64,000 nucleotides of DNA, taken from contig NC_043006.1 of NCBI RefSeq assembly GCF_006345805.1, forward strand, positions 89,590,001 through 89,654,000. The letters are read 5' to 3'. Origin of the DNA: Octopus sinensis (Eukaryota). This document shows, piece by piece, positions 25,379 through 37,896 of the stretch. The notes beneath the pieces are model-generated. The model was not told where the DNA came from. It saw only the letters and a list, made by a program, of their open reading frames with translations, and did no database searches. Numbering within the stretch: the first letter of the stretch is position 1; every line of letters starts with the position of its first letter. The position numbers and the translations under genes are program-made.

Positions 25379-25668
25379 CTACATATATATATATATCTAG
25401 CGCTCTTAGAATCTTTCCTCATGTAGGCCAGCATTAAGGCCCTCATTGTCTGTTTTTTTTGTTTGTTTTATTCTTGTACTGTATTTTTCGTACTTGTAAT
25501 TTTATTCTGTATTTTTATTTTTTGTATTTTTATTCTGTATTTTATTTTGTAATTTTATTTGTATCGTTTTTACGTCCTGGTTTTGTCACATGTTTAACTT
25601 TCCTTGTTTTTACTCCTCTGCGAAGTAATTTTATTTAATTCCTTCGCAGGAAGGACTAGTTCCACTAG

Positions 25669-25730
25669 TCGTGTTCTGTCCTCACCTTCGAAACATGCTG
25701 GAGTTGAACTAGGGACAGCTGATGAAGGGG
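25669..25730 (+). ncRNA. Candidate hammerhead-like motif set in non-canonical strand order
   Basis: GUU triplet, CUGAUGA, C-GAAA and three compatible stems (see findings). Confidence 0.3.
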
Positions 25731-26014
25731 ATTTTTCCTTGTGTAGTTTGTCTTGTACTCTGTTTTTTTTGTTTAGGTCCGTTTCCACGTTTGTTTTTAC
25801 GTTTTCGTTTCTCATTGAGTTCTACGTCTATTTGTGGTGTCCTGTACTCACGTATATATATTTATATATGCATGTATATATACATGTAGATGTAGGTACG
25901 TACATATATGTATGTATGTATGTATTTTATTTATTACACTATTGTATGACTGAGCACCCTCGCGTCGGTTCGATTCGTTTCGTTTCATCTCCTCCCAGTA
26001 AGTTTTGTTATATT

Positions 26015-26103
<89 letters not shown>

Positions 26104-27572
26104 ATATATATATTATAAATATATGTATATGTGTTTTTGTGTGAACACACACACACACAGTCATATTTAGATATAATATTAGTTTTTCATTCCTATGTTC
26201 TCTTAATATTGTTACAGCCATTCTCCAACTAAATATAAAATTTAAAGCAAACATGAAAATGTTGGAACATCAAGTGAGAACTGATGAATTCCTCAATTTC
26301 TGGTTGTTATAAGTAATTATCTCTCAATGAAATTAATTCAAAGATATGATTTAACATGAAAATTTTTTTTTTTAAATTTGCAAAATTAAAAGAGAAATAT
26401 TGCGACAAAAATCATTAGATTCTCATTTTATTCAATTTGATATGATTTAATGAGATAAAATGGAGAGTTAACGAGCCATAAGTAAGTACAGTACAGAATT
26501 GTAATTGACAGAATAACTACAATTGTCCAATAACAATTTTATAAAATGATGTGAGATTAAAATGTTAGATTCAGAAGAAAGAAAGAAAAAAAAAAGAGAA
26601 AACTTCGATGGACTGTAGATTTTTAGCATCTTTGATCTACACAAGATCTTTATAATTAGAAATGAAAATAATAATCTCTTAAATTATTCATTCAATGCAA
26701 AAAAGAAATGCAAAAAGAAAAAAAAAAAGATATTTTCATTAGTTGAACTGTCCACATAATTTAATGTATTTGAAAGAACTCACCAAATTGTGATAATAAA
26801 ATAAGAAATGTATGTTGAAGTAGAACTATGACCATTCTTGATTCAACAGCTCCATTTTCCCTTGGAATTAGTTTAGTAGTTCACCTGAATTTCTTTTTTT
26901 TCTTTCATCTTACTCAGCATTTTGCTGCACATGGGTATTTAATTAATTAATTAACTGAAACACTTTATTAATCAGCACACATGAAATACTTAAAGAAGTC
27001 AGTTAATGAAAGTAACACAATTGGGGTGGGGGGTGCCAGTGACATAAATTTAGATAAATAAATAAAGAGGTTGTGTTCAGAATATAAAAGAAAAAAAATC
27101 ATATCTTGATTAATTAAAATTTTATCTTCATTTGAGAAAGAAAAGAAACACCAAACAGTAATTGTTAATGTCACTCAAAGAAAAGGGGTCAGGGGTGGGG
27201 TAATTTCAAAGTATTAAGAATTAATCTACTAAAGATATCTTGAATTAGTGGTTCTCAAGCATTTATAGGGCACTGTCTAAAATTTAGTTTAGGGGTCACT
27301 ACTGACCAACAGGCTTAGTTTCCTTCTGGAGAAGCAAAAAGGTACATAACCAAATGCAACTTTTGTTTCACACACACACACATACCAAACATACAAACAC
27401 ACACACAAGAATATCTTGAGATTTTGAAGATTCACCAGTCGAAGGCTTCATTATCACTGTCAACTTTTCCCTTGTAAAAATAAATGGAATATTCTACTTA
27501 ATTGCATTGAATAATATTTCAACTAATGTTTCACTAGTATTATATATGACTAGAAGCCAAACTACATACATA

Positions 27573-28068
27573 CAAGGTGTTCCAGAAAGATTTACCCATG
27601 CTTAAAACTTTCCCAAAAGGTAATGTTACCAACATTTTATATAAAGATGATTTGAATATGTCTTTTGTTCACGAGTCTATCGTTTCATTTGTCTGTAACA
27701 GGTTTGTAAACGAACATTGGTGTCGAAAGCAAAATGTGACTGGATTGTCACTTTGAAAACAGATGGAGTGAGCAACAAGGACATAAGAGGTGAATGAGTG
27801 CCATAAAACTGTGTTCAATACCTGGAAACAATGTATGGAGTTCTGTAGCAAGCTAATTCCTGGTAGGAAATGATCAATTCATACCAAACAAACTGTTGAA
27901 GCTGTGAAGAAGCGAATGAACCGAAATCTCCACAGGAGTGCAAGAAAAACTGCAAATCTCTAGATATTTCGAAATTATCAATGCACAGGATTTAAAGCTA
28001 ACTGCATACAAGAAACACCCAAGTATTTAATTTCAGTGGCTTCCAAGAACAAACAGCTTGAGAGGGGT
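27573..28068 (+). mobile_element. 5' fragment of a maT/DD37D-like Tc1/mariner element
   Basis: TA|CAAGGTGTTCCAGAAAG TIR-like start; degenerate VEAVKKRMNRNLHRSARKTA and LKLTAYKK transposase N-terminal motifs. Confidence 0.65.
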
Positions 28069-28074
28069 GAAACC

Positions 28075-28480
28075 ATCTTTCTTTAATGTCCATTTTTCAC
28101 ACTGTCATGGGTCCGATGGTTTCACTAGAACTTGCAAGCCAGAGAGCTGCATATGGTTCCAGTCTGATTTGGCTTGGTTACTATGGCTGGATGTCCTTTC
28201 TAATGCCAAACACTTTACAATGTACACCAGGTGCTTTTAATGTGGTGCCAGTATGTTACCAGCACAAAACTCTTGCAGGCCAGCTTTCTTCACCAGGAGA
28301 CATGGCCTTAACAATTCTGTTGAAGAGAACAGCCTTCTTGAGTACAGCAAGGTGCCAAGTATCTTGGTTGTCATCTCATCTGAAAAGTTCAGCATTCTGA
28401 GGTCGTCCTTCAGTTCTTTGTCCTATGTCTTCCTGGGTCTTCTTCTTCCATGAGTTGCAGCCACTTTGAGTAGTTCCCAT
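28075..28480 (-). mobile_element. Degenerate 3' fragment of the PHD-RTE family
   Basis: TTGGCATTAGAAAGGACATCCAGC motif and RPRKT-like coding end on the minus strand. Confidence 0.75.
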
Positions 28481-28562
28481 GTGACCCTTTGTCTGGCAGA
28501 GGCTTTGCTCCAGCCACAGTTTTAGTCTGTCACCCTCAGTAGATTGTCACATAGAAACTCAC

Positions 28563-28721
28563 AGTTGTCCTCCATTTCTTCTTCCTTTTCACCAAAGGCT
28601 TTATTAAGAACATTACTAAATCTCTGCCCATTTGAAGGAGCCTTGAACTTCCACAACCACCTTTTCCATATCAGCTTGCATCTCTGAATCCTTCTGACCC
28701 TAAGCCTGAAGTCACTAGCCA
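28563..28721 (-). other. Candidate host exon (159 nt, phase 1-1)
   Basis: TACTAG acceptor, GTGAGT donor, open frame ASDFRLRVRRIQRCKLIWKRW..NKAFGEKEEEMEDN; no recognised homology. Confidence 0.25.
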
Positions 28722-29396
28722 CTAGTATATGTTGAATTGTTATAGAAATAAATAAAATATACATATATATACAATATCATCACTATCATTTAGCATCCGT
28801 TTTCCATGCTAGGATATGACAGACATTTTGATTGGAAATAGTAAGCTGGGGAATTGCACCAGATTCCACTTGTGTTTTGGCTTGATTTCTATGGCTGGAT
28901 GCCCTTCTTAACACCAACTACTCCACAGTGTATCTGATGCCTTTTATGTGTCACCAGCATGGGGACCTTTTACATGTTATTGGCTTGGATATAATACAGA
29001 AATCCAAATTGTGGAGCATGTGAGTTCCAGGCTCAGGCTACACAAGCTTCCTAGCTAGCAGAACCTCAGAAATAATAATCACTCAATGAGGGGTACCCCA
29101 TTGGGGAGAAGGTAAGACCCAGGCTGTGTATGTATCCTGGATCTTACTTGCTCCCTTCCCCCAGTTTGGACTTTTATTTGCATTCAAAGCAAGCCTGGTT
29201 GCCAACCACGAACTATAAAAAACACTTTTTTCAGTTTATTGAACTTTGATATGGAAAAAAACCTACAACCTTCTACACCAACAAACTATTATTCCTGAAA
29301 GTTGCTTACTAACTTCTTACATGATATGATATATATATATTCTTTTATTTGTTTCAGTCATTTGACTGCAGCCATGCTGGAGCATTGCCTTTTGAA

Positions 29397-29506
29397 GTTA
29401 GGAACCTAAAGGTTCCATTCTTCTCCTCAAGTGAGTATTCCTGTAGATACAAAAAGGCACAGGAATATTCTCCTGAAGAGAAGAGTGGAACCTTTAGGTT
29501 CCTAAC
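29397..29506. mobile_element. 110-bp hairpin MITE-like element flanked by TTTGAA direct repeats
   Basis: Arms GTTAGGAACCTAAAGGTTCCA.. / ..TGGAACCTTTAGGTTCCTAAC; TTTGAA at 29391-29396 and 29507-29512. Confidence 0.8.
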
Positions 29507-30162
29507 TTTGAAATTGCAATAGAGAATTAACCTTTTATGTTTAAGTTTTGAATGTTATGTCATGTAGGCTGCTGACAGCTTTATTGCGAAGAGATAGAAT
29601 ATGAGTGCTTATAGTGGGTTTATGGTGGTTTTGACTGATGTTTCTAGACATGCAGGGGTTTTTTGCAACCCTAACCATTATATTGCGATTTATTCATAAT
29701 TATACACACTTAATCAGCCAAACACTATGGAGAAAGTTAATTGCTGAAAATGACTCAGAGTGGAATCAAACTCAGAATTACAAAGTTATGAAGCAATTTT
29801 CATAGCCACACATACCTTCACACATATCTCCACCTGTATTCTTCAATTTATGTGTTACTACATTTACTTTGCCAAAATGAAAAACAATGTCAGTCTTTTT
29901 AGTTTCTCTTCTTCTCCTTGTTTTCGGTGTGGCAGAGAATAATTGATTGAACAGAATCCAGTTATAGTATTACTAGTTCTGAATTTATTGATCAGTGAGT
30001 CCACGAAGGGCAGAGTCAGATTTGATAGAATATGAATCTTGAGAAGTGAGTGAAGGAGAAAAGAAAAAACTAAATATATAAATACACAAAAAAAAATGTG
30101 GAAAATGTAAATAGTGCAATGCATATAGTTTAGTATTCTCCTGTTGTGACCTTCTCCGTTAC

Positions 30163-30231
30163 CTACAAAGTAAGAGTTTCTATTTAAAAGATGTCTTGAA
30201 GCTTCAGCCAATTTTGTCACTATTATCTCAG
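30163..30231 (-). other. Candidate host exon (69 nt, phase 1-1)
   Basis: TTATTAG acceptor, GTAACG donor, frame EIIVTKLAEASRHLLNRNSYFV, phase-compatible with 28563-28721. Confidence 0.2.
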
Positions 30232-30889
30232 CTAATAAAGTTATGCGATAGTTTTATTGCTCCTTCTCAATTCTGTTTTATGATTATGTTATTTCAGTTT
30301 TATTCAGTGATAAAAAAAAAAAAAATGATAAATAAAAATAGAAAAAGCAGAAGAAATCTCTGAGAACTAATTTCTTGTTCAAAGCATAGAATTATAAATA
30401 ATTGTGCAAATTAAATTGAATTTATAGTTGGACAGTTTTGCATAAAAGCATATTAGCTATGATTTATCAAGGGATTAATGTCAGGTGCTTTGATTGCAAC
30501 TTAATTAATCTTGTTGTCAGAACTTCAAAGTGCAGTTAGATAGAATACAATTTAATCCTTCAAAAAAAAAAAAAAAAAAAAAACCCAGCACCAACCCCTT
30601 TTTTAGTGTCTCGTTGATAAAAAGAACACCACCCTCACAATGAACGAAGCATCAAACAGGTTTTTATGAAATTAGTAACAAAACAACTGACTGAAAACAT
30701 GCAAAAATATAAATAGTTAAGTTGCACTGAAATAGTATGAGATGCTACAAATAAGTTATGGAGGCAGCTGAGGCCCAATAACTTACACAGAGAAACTACT
30801 GGAATATTAACAACTTTTCAATATATAACTATAACACACAAGGATATATATATATTTATTTATATGTGTAGGTGTGTGAAAGTGCATAA

Positions 30890-31002
30890 GTATTATACAC
30901 ACACACATACATAACTATATATATATATACATATATATGCATACATACATACTATATATATATATACATATATATGCATACATACATACATATATATATG
31001 TA

Positions 31003-31070
<68 letters not shown>

Positions 31071-31186
31071 GATATATATATATATTTATATACAGACACA
31101 TGTGAATGTATGTGTGTGTATGCACACACATTGTATACATACAGACATGCTCTATACATACATGCATACATCTCTCTCTCTCTCTC

Positions 31187-31224
<38 letters not shown>

Positions 31225-31290
31225 CATGCACACACACATACTAATGTGTATATTATCACACACACACACACACACACAATGCGTGTGTGT
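30890..31290. repeat. Compound (TA)n/(CA)n/(CT)n microsatellite cluster
   Basis: Read directly. Confidence 0.95.
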
Positions 31291-33348
31291 GTGATACCAG
31301 TATTCTTCTATCTATTTAATAACATTTTGACTGCAAAATCAAAATGACTCAACAGACAGCTTCTCAGCTGAAATGCCTTCACTGCTTTAATTTTTTCTTG
31401 CAATAAATATTTTCAAGAAAACACCACTCTCTATGAGAAGATGCAAACATTTTATTACTTATCAATTCTATTTCAAAAGAAAGAAATATATTTTCCTATC
31501 TATTAACTATAGTCTTCCCATTAAATAATGGCTCAATCCCTCGGACTAGGAACAAAATAATTTTTCTTTGCATAAGCATGAAGTGTAATGAGCTAAATGT
31601 AGTTCAGTAATGTCTGGAGGTGATGTTGGTACATATTTTATCCGTTCTAGAGAAATGGAAGGCCAAGCAGGCCAAACTAAACCAGACTGAACTAAGCCAA
31701 AGCAAGCCAAGCTTAGCCTACTCAGCCAAGCCGATGCAAGCCTTGTCTAGCACTGCCAAGTCACACGAAGCCTAAACAAACAAAGCCTAACCAAATCAAT
31801 CAACACTCATCAATCCAAGTCAATCAAATATGAGTCTAAGTAAAAGAACTACTTTATAATGCCTGATTGATACTGAGGAGAAAACTGTTGAGAATGAATT
31901 AATGGAATTAATGGAAATGGGTTAATGCCAAATTTCAGCAAAAGAAAAAGAGAGAGAAAGGGGAGTGGGAGAGGAAGAGAGAGAAAAGAGATAGTAAGAG
32001 GGGTGGAATTTGAATTAAAGCAAGACTGGCAAGTGACTGGTGCTAATTCAGATCCAAACTTTGGGATATGAATCAGTCTTATTAGTATGAAACTGTTTTC
32101 AAGAACCAAACATGTTGATGTTGTTATTGTTATTGTAATGAATGGAGATTTTTAACTCCAGGTCAGACCTGGATTAAGCAAATTAAGATATTCCAATCAT
32201 GACCATTCTGAATCATTTCTAAGCAATGTCTCAGACATTATCCAACAAGTTCTTTCATTTTCTTAAAGATATATTTTTCTCATTAAATCACACACTCCTC
32301 TCTTAAAAATAGGTGAAGAACACTTTGGGTAATGTGGTCCTAGATATACAACACCTTGAAATAAGATGGGATGGTCAGATATCTGATCACTGAAGATGGG
32401 ATCTGTATCTAAACCAGAACAAAATCAATGATTGACACAAACACACTAATATTTCCACACATGTAACAATAACACGAATAAAACAGGAGAAGTAATAACA
32501 AACGGCATGAGTAGAACCATTGTTGCTATGTGGAACACAAGGGAGCATCTACGTAGCCAATTCTTGAACAAAGAAAAGCATCATTAAATATAATATTCAA
32601 AAACATATCTGAAGCATCAAATTTGGCAGAGTTATAAGAGTATTGGAAACAATGGCCTGTGGTATTTGTTCCAGTTCTTTGTGCTTCGAGATTAGATCTT
32701 ACCAAATCAACATTCTTCATTTTGGAGATAATAAAAAAAAATACCAATCCAGGATGATAGATTTGCGAAAGTCTTACAAACAAAATGGATAACTTGTGAT
32801 ATGTTTTCTCGCATTTTGTATTCTCACAATATTTATGATGACATTGGGGTTATTCTATATTAGCCCCTACCTTTGGACAACAACCAGAAGCATGGAGGTG
32901 AGAAGGCCTTACATCTGGTGTGCAGATGTAAGAAGGTCTTACATCTGGATCACTGTCCGACCTCTGCAAAAGATTCTCATCCAGGTCAAGACATACTCAT
33001 GTACGAGGTAGTATCAAAAAGTTCCCAAACTTGTTCTGTAGCATGCCAACAGATGGCAGCACAGGGTTGCATACACAGTGAGAGCTAGTAGTGACCTCCA
33101 TGCGGCATTGACCTGAGTGACATCACTGTGTCTACTTCACGTGTTGTGAAATTTGTGTTGCTTTGATCACGTGTATGCTGTGGTCTGTGATTTTGTCATG
33201 GACAAAGAGCCAACTTGAAATTTTGCGTTAATCTTGGGAAGTCTGCCACAGACATTGAGCATGCTTTGGCAAGCTTACAGTGATGAGGCAATGGGTTGTA
33301 TGGAATGTATGCTGGAGCTTCAAAAGTGGAAGAACACACCTGAAAGAT

Positions 33349-33726
33349 ACAGTTCTATTTTTAAGAGATGAGGAATTATGCACATTATTTACATTATTTA
33401 CATTTGATGGATATTTGTCCTCATCTTGCTTGTTGTTAACACAACATTTTGGCTGATATACCCTCCAGCTTTCATCAGGTGTCTTGGGGGAAATTTCGAA
33501 CTTGTGTTCTTATTCCTAAGGCATTTTTCAATGTTATTATTATCATTATTCAGGTCACTGCCTAGAATTGAACTTGGAATCTTGGGGTTAGTAGCCCGCG
33601 CTCTTAACCATTACACCATATGTGAACCCATATGAGAACCCAAGTTCGATATTTCCCCAAGACACCTGACTGTTGTGTTAGCAACAAACAAGATGAAGAC
33701 AAACATCCGTCAAATGTAAATAATAT
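33349..33726 (-). mobile_element. 378-bp tRNA-headed, hammerhead-bearing SINE-like insertion with an inverted 5' partial repeat
   Basis: 11-bp TSD ACCTGAAAGAT (33338-33348, 33727-33737) inside the mariner ORF; A/B boxes at ~33553-33620; hammerhead at 33438-33483. Confidence 0.85.
33438..33483 (-). ncRNA. Degenerate minimal type I hammerhead ribozyme (PLE-like)
   Basis: GACAC-CUGAUGA-A-AGCUG-loop-CAGCC-AAAA-UGUU-GUGUU; G12 is mutated to A, as expected from CpG decay. Confidence 0.65.
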
Positions 33727-34973
33727 ACCTGAAAGATGTTGAGCGATCTGGGAGACCTGCTATGAGCATCATCCCTGGAAATTGTGCATCAAGAATCCGT
33801 CCCCCCGCCCCCGGGCCAGACCGTCAATCGAGAGTTCTGCTTTGATGGTTTGAAGCATTTGGGGGAGGACATTCAGCGAAAGTGATTGGATCGGTGGAGT
33901 GCAAAGAATTGGATTCTTCACAATGACAATGCACCCTGTCACTAAGCTCTCTGCATTAATGAGTTCCTTACCAAAAACAATATGGTATCACTTCCACACC
34001 CACCCCCCTGTTCACCAGATTTAGCACCGGCAGACTTCCATCTCTTCTCCAAGATGGAAATGCAGTTCAAAGATCACCATTTTAACACCATTGCCAAAAT
34101 CCAGAGCAAATCACAGAAGGTCCTCGACTTGCTTATGGAAAGTGACTTCCAGGCTGGATTCCAAAAGTGGCAGGAATGCTTGGACCAGTGTATTGCTGTG
34201 CAAGGTGACCATTTCGAAAGTGATGATGTTAAAACTTAGGGAAAGAAGTTTTTTTTAATTAAACAGAACTAGTCCTGGAACTTTTTGGTACCACTTCATA
34301 GGTATAGAATCAATCTGACAAAGGGGTCCATTGTCATCATCATCATTACCACTGTTGTCATCATCTTCATTTTACATCCACTTTGGAGGCTGACATGGGT
34401 AGAATGACTCAACAGAATCCGACAGGTCAACGGGTGCTCTTGTTCCATTATCTCAGTTTTGGTACAGCTTCTCTGACTAAATGCTTCTCTTAATGCAGAC
34501 CATATCATAGATAGAATATTGGGTGCAAGACCAAAGAACTACCAAATCAGAAGGAGAGAAGAGGATGGAAAGTGAAGAGTTTAGATGAGGTGAAGAGAGG
34601 CGAAGAAGTGAAAGCACGAAGAGAGGAAGAAGAAGTTTATTGTTAGCAGAAGGTGTTAGTGGGGTGGAGGATAACAGGGGCAGTGTTGGGAGTAGGAGTA
34701 ATTAATAGAAGGGAAAGAGTAGTGTCGGATGGGGGTAGTGGAACGATGCCAAGAAGGTAAAAAGAAGGGGAATAGTGAGATAGATTGAGTAGGAGGAAAT
34801 TTAAGGCTATTCTTATGATATATAAGGATGGGTGGCTCTAGATGGAGTGGTGCAAGAAACAGAAATATTCTAAAAAGATTAACTGTATGGTCATGCTGGA
34901 ATGTCTTTCATCATAAATTTGTTATAATGACTAGACCATTAAAACTGAATTCTACATCCTCATTCTGAACCAT

Positions 34974-34995
34974 TATTATTATTATTCCTTCTTCC

Positions 34996-35037
<42 letters not shown>

Positions 35038-35052
35038 CTTCTTCCTTATTAT

Positions 35053-35097
<45 letters not shown>

Positions 35098-35182
35098 CAC
35101 CACCACCACCACCACCACCATCACCATCATCATCATCATCATCATCATCATAATCATCATCATCATAATCATCATCATCATT
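34974..35182. repeat. Compound trinucleotide repeat (TTA)n-(TAA)n-(CAC)n-(CAT)n
   Basis: Read directly. Confidence 0.95.
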
Positions 35183-35586
35183 TCCTTAATACCAGGTGAA
35201 TGGAAAAAAGTGGTAAAACTTGCAGTATTTCAGTTTTTTCACTCTGCAAGATAAATATTCCATTTTCTTGAGGTTAAAAAGATCTCTGGTTTTCCCAAGA
35301 TAGCTTCAAGTCAAACACAAGTATTTGCACCAAACATTGACCAACAACAACAACAAAAACACATCAAATAAATTCTCAAATACACTTTGCTCATTCTTTC
35401 AACTTGGAGACACACCACAGACCCAATAAAAGAGCAGGAAATGTCATCTTTTGATAACAAACACAAGCTCACAAGCTAACTCTTCCAACTGATACACACA
35501 CACACACACATACACACACACACACACATACACACACACACACACACACACGTGTCTACGTAGGTATGTGTATGGTGTATGTCTCC

Positions 35587-35625
<39 letters not shown>

Positions 35626-35636
35626 CATATATATAT

Positions 35637-35671
<35 letters not shown>

Positions 35672-35691
35672 AATATACATATTTATATATA

Positions 35692-36078
35692 TCTCTCTAT
35701 ATATAAACGGCAGTTTGTCTGTGCGTGTTTCTGTGTGTCTGTTTGCTTGTACCTTCACCCTGACCACGGCTTTCAACCAATTCTGATGAAACTTGACACA
35801 CACATAGCCCAATGTCATAATTCAAAACTAACGCAGCGCAAATTTTGAAAAGTTCCCCCAGGTCTGAAAAAAATCGATAAATTCGACATGGGGTCGAGAA
35901 TCAAAAAAAACAAACCACAGACTGTCTAGGGGACGCAACTCAACCTTTTTTTACTCTCAAAAAAAATTTACCATCATTTTTTTTCCATTTTTTTTGCTAT
36001 TTTTTGGCTATAACTCTCTAAAAATGCTTTATAGTTATTTCCCTTACAAACCTGAGCAACGCCGGGCGATACTGCTAG
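35692..36078 (+). mobile_element. Non-autonomous Helitron (~390 bp)
   Basis: A|TC 5' end, subterminal hairpin CCTGAGC-AAC-GCCGGG, CTAG|T 3' end, no TSD. Confidence 0.8.
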
Positions 36079-36091
36079 TACATATATATAA

Positions 36092-36318
36092 GGCGAGCTG
36101 GCAGAAACGTTACCATGCCGGGCAAAATGCGTAGCTGTATTTCGTCTGCCGTTATGTTGTGAGTTCAAATTCCGCCGAGGTCGACTTTGCCTTTCATCCT
36201 TTCGGGGTCGATAAATTAAGTACCATTTACACACTGGGGTCGATGTAATTGACTTAATCCCTTTGTCTGTCCTTGTTTGTCCCCTCTATGTTTAGCCCCT
36301 TGTGGGCAATAAATAAAT
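36092..36318 (+). mobile_element. tRNA-derived SINE, family C (central domain resembles the MetaSINE-type core as I recall it)
   Basis: Head GGCGAGCTGGCAGAA..GAGTTCAAATTCC; core GTCGACTTTGCCTTTCATCCTTTCGGGGTCGAT; copies at 60431-60820. Confidence 0.82.
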
Positions 36319-36320
36319 AC

Positions 36321-36353
<33 letters not shown>

Positions 36354-36387
36354 ATATATATATAAACACACACACACATGCAAACAC

Positions 36388-37408
36388 ATCATCATCATCA
36401 TCGTTTAACATCTGCTTTCCATGCTAGCATGAGTTGGACGATTTGACTGAGATCTGGCTCCAATCTTGATCTGGCAGAGTTTCTACAGCTGGATGCCCTT
36501 CCTAACACCAACCACTCTGAGAGTATAGTGGGTGCTTTTACGTGCCACCGGCACAAGCGCCAGTCAGGTGGTACTGACAATGACCACACTCAAATGGTGT
36601 TTTTTATATACCACCTGCACAGGAGCCAGTCCAGCGGCACTGGCAACAACCTCGCTTGAATGTTTTTTCACGTGCCACCAGCACAAGTGCCAGTAAGGAG
36701 ATGCTGGTAACAATCACGCTCGAATGCTACTTTTTATGTGCCGCCAGCACGGAAGCCAGTTATCTGCTCTGGCAATGATCACACTTGGATGGTGCTCTTA
36801 GCGCCCTACTAGCACGGATGCCAGTCATCGAATTGGATTTCGATTTCACTTGCCCCAACAGGTCTTCACAAGCAGAGTCTAGAGTCCAATGAAGGAAGGT
36901 TGGCATGGGTGCTAATTGTCGAATTTCATTCGATTTTGATTTCACTTGCCTCAACAGGTCTTTGCAAGCAGAGTTTAGTGTCCAATGAAGGAAAGGTATG
37001 CATAAGTGGGCTGGTTACACCCCTGGCATAGGCCACAAGGTTATGGTCTCATTTGGCTTCCTGGGTCTTCTCAAGCACAGCATATTTCCAAAGTCTTGGT
37101 CACTAGTCATTGCCTAATGTTCAAAGATCGTGCTTCACCACCTCATCCCAGGTTTTCCTGGGTCTACCTCTTCCACAGGTTCCCTCAACTGCTAGGGTGT
37201 AGCACTTTTTCACAGAGCTAATCTCATCCATTCTTGCCACATGACCATACCAGTGTAGCCGTCTCTCTTGCATACCGCAACTGATGCTTCTTAGGTCCAA
37301 CTTTTCTCTCAAGCTACTTATACTCTGTCGAGTATGCACACTGACATTACACATCCATCGGATCATACTGGCTTCATTTCTTGCAAGCTTACACATGTCC
37401 TCAGCACA
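36388..37408 (-). mobile_element. 5'-truncated PHD-RTE copy
   Basis: LARNEASMIRWMCNV..RKTWDEVVKHDL; family 3' UTR and (CAT)n tail. Confidence 0.9.
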
Positions 37409-37896
37409 CATACACACACATATATATATATATATATAATGTATAAATGTATAGTCTATATCTATACTTATATTTACTTATTTTTATATTATCTTATACA
37501 TATTGTACTAACTGTATAACATTACTCCTTTATGTACACTATGTTGTTCTACTTTATTATGTTTGTCCTTACAGTTTCTTATGTGGTGGTTTAATAAAGT
37601 ATGTGATTGAGTATTATCTGGTAATCGATATTAGATTTAGATGTATTTGTCCATTTTCTTATTTTGTATATATATATATATACATACACACACACATATG
37701 TATGAAATATATGCATATATATATATACACACATGCATATATATATATATCCTTTCAGCTCATGTACAGGGGAAACATTTTTGACTATGTATATAAAAGC
37801 TCCTATCTTCTTGTGCAGGCTACAGCCTAATGATATCAACTTGCAATAGCTGTCCTATAGAGTTGTACTTCCCTAAATGTAGCACATATTCTTTAT

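Larger units (their letters stand above)
33004..34298 (+). mobile_element. Internally deleted mariner (DD34D-type) element with both TIRs
   Basis: TA TSD; TIRs CGAGGTAGTATCAAAAAGTTCC / GGAACTTTTTGGTACCACTTCA; QRANLKF..GKSAT, FKSGRT..ERSGRP, HNDNAPCH, CSPDLAPADFHLF. Confidence 0.93.

Noticed and set aside
25604-26170. 188-aa ORF
   Set aside because: Runs through T-rich and (TA)n low-complexity sequence; no domain.
31670-31830. Degenerate (CCAAG)-like pentamer tract
   Set aside because: Low-complexity sequence with no boundaries or second copy.
32390-32440. CTGAAGA-TGG..CCA-GAAC hammerhead-like string
   Set aside because: GAAA is incomplete and there is no correctly placed UH site.
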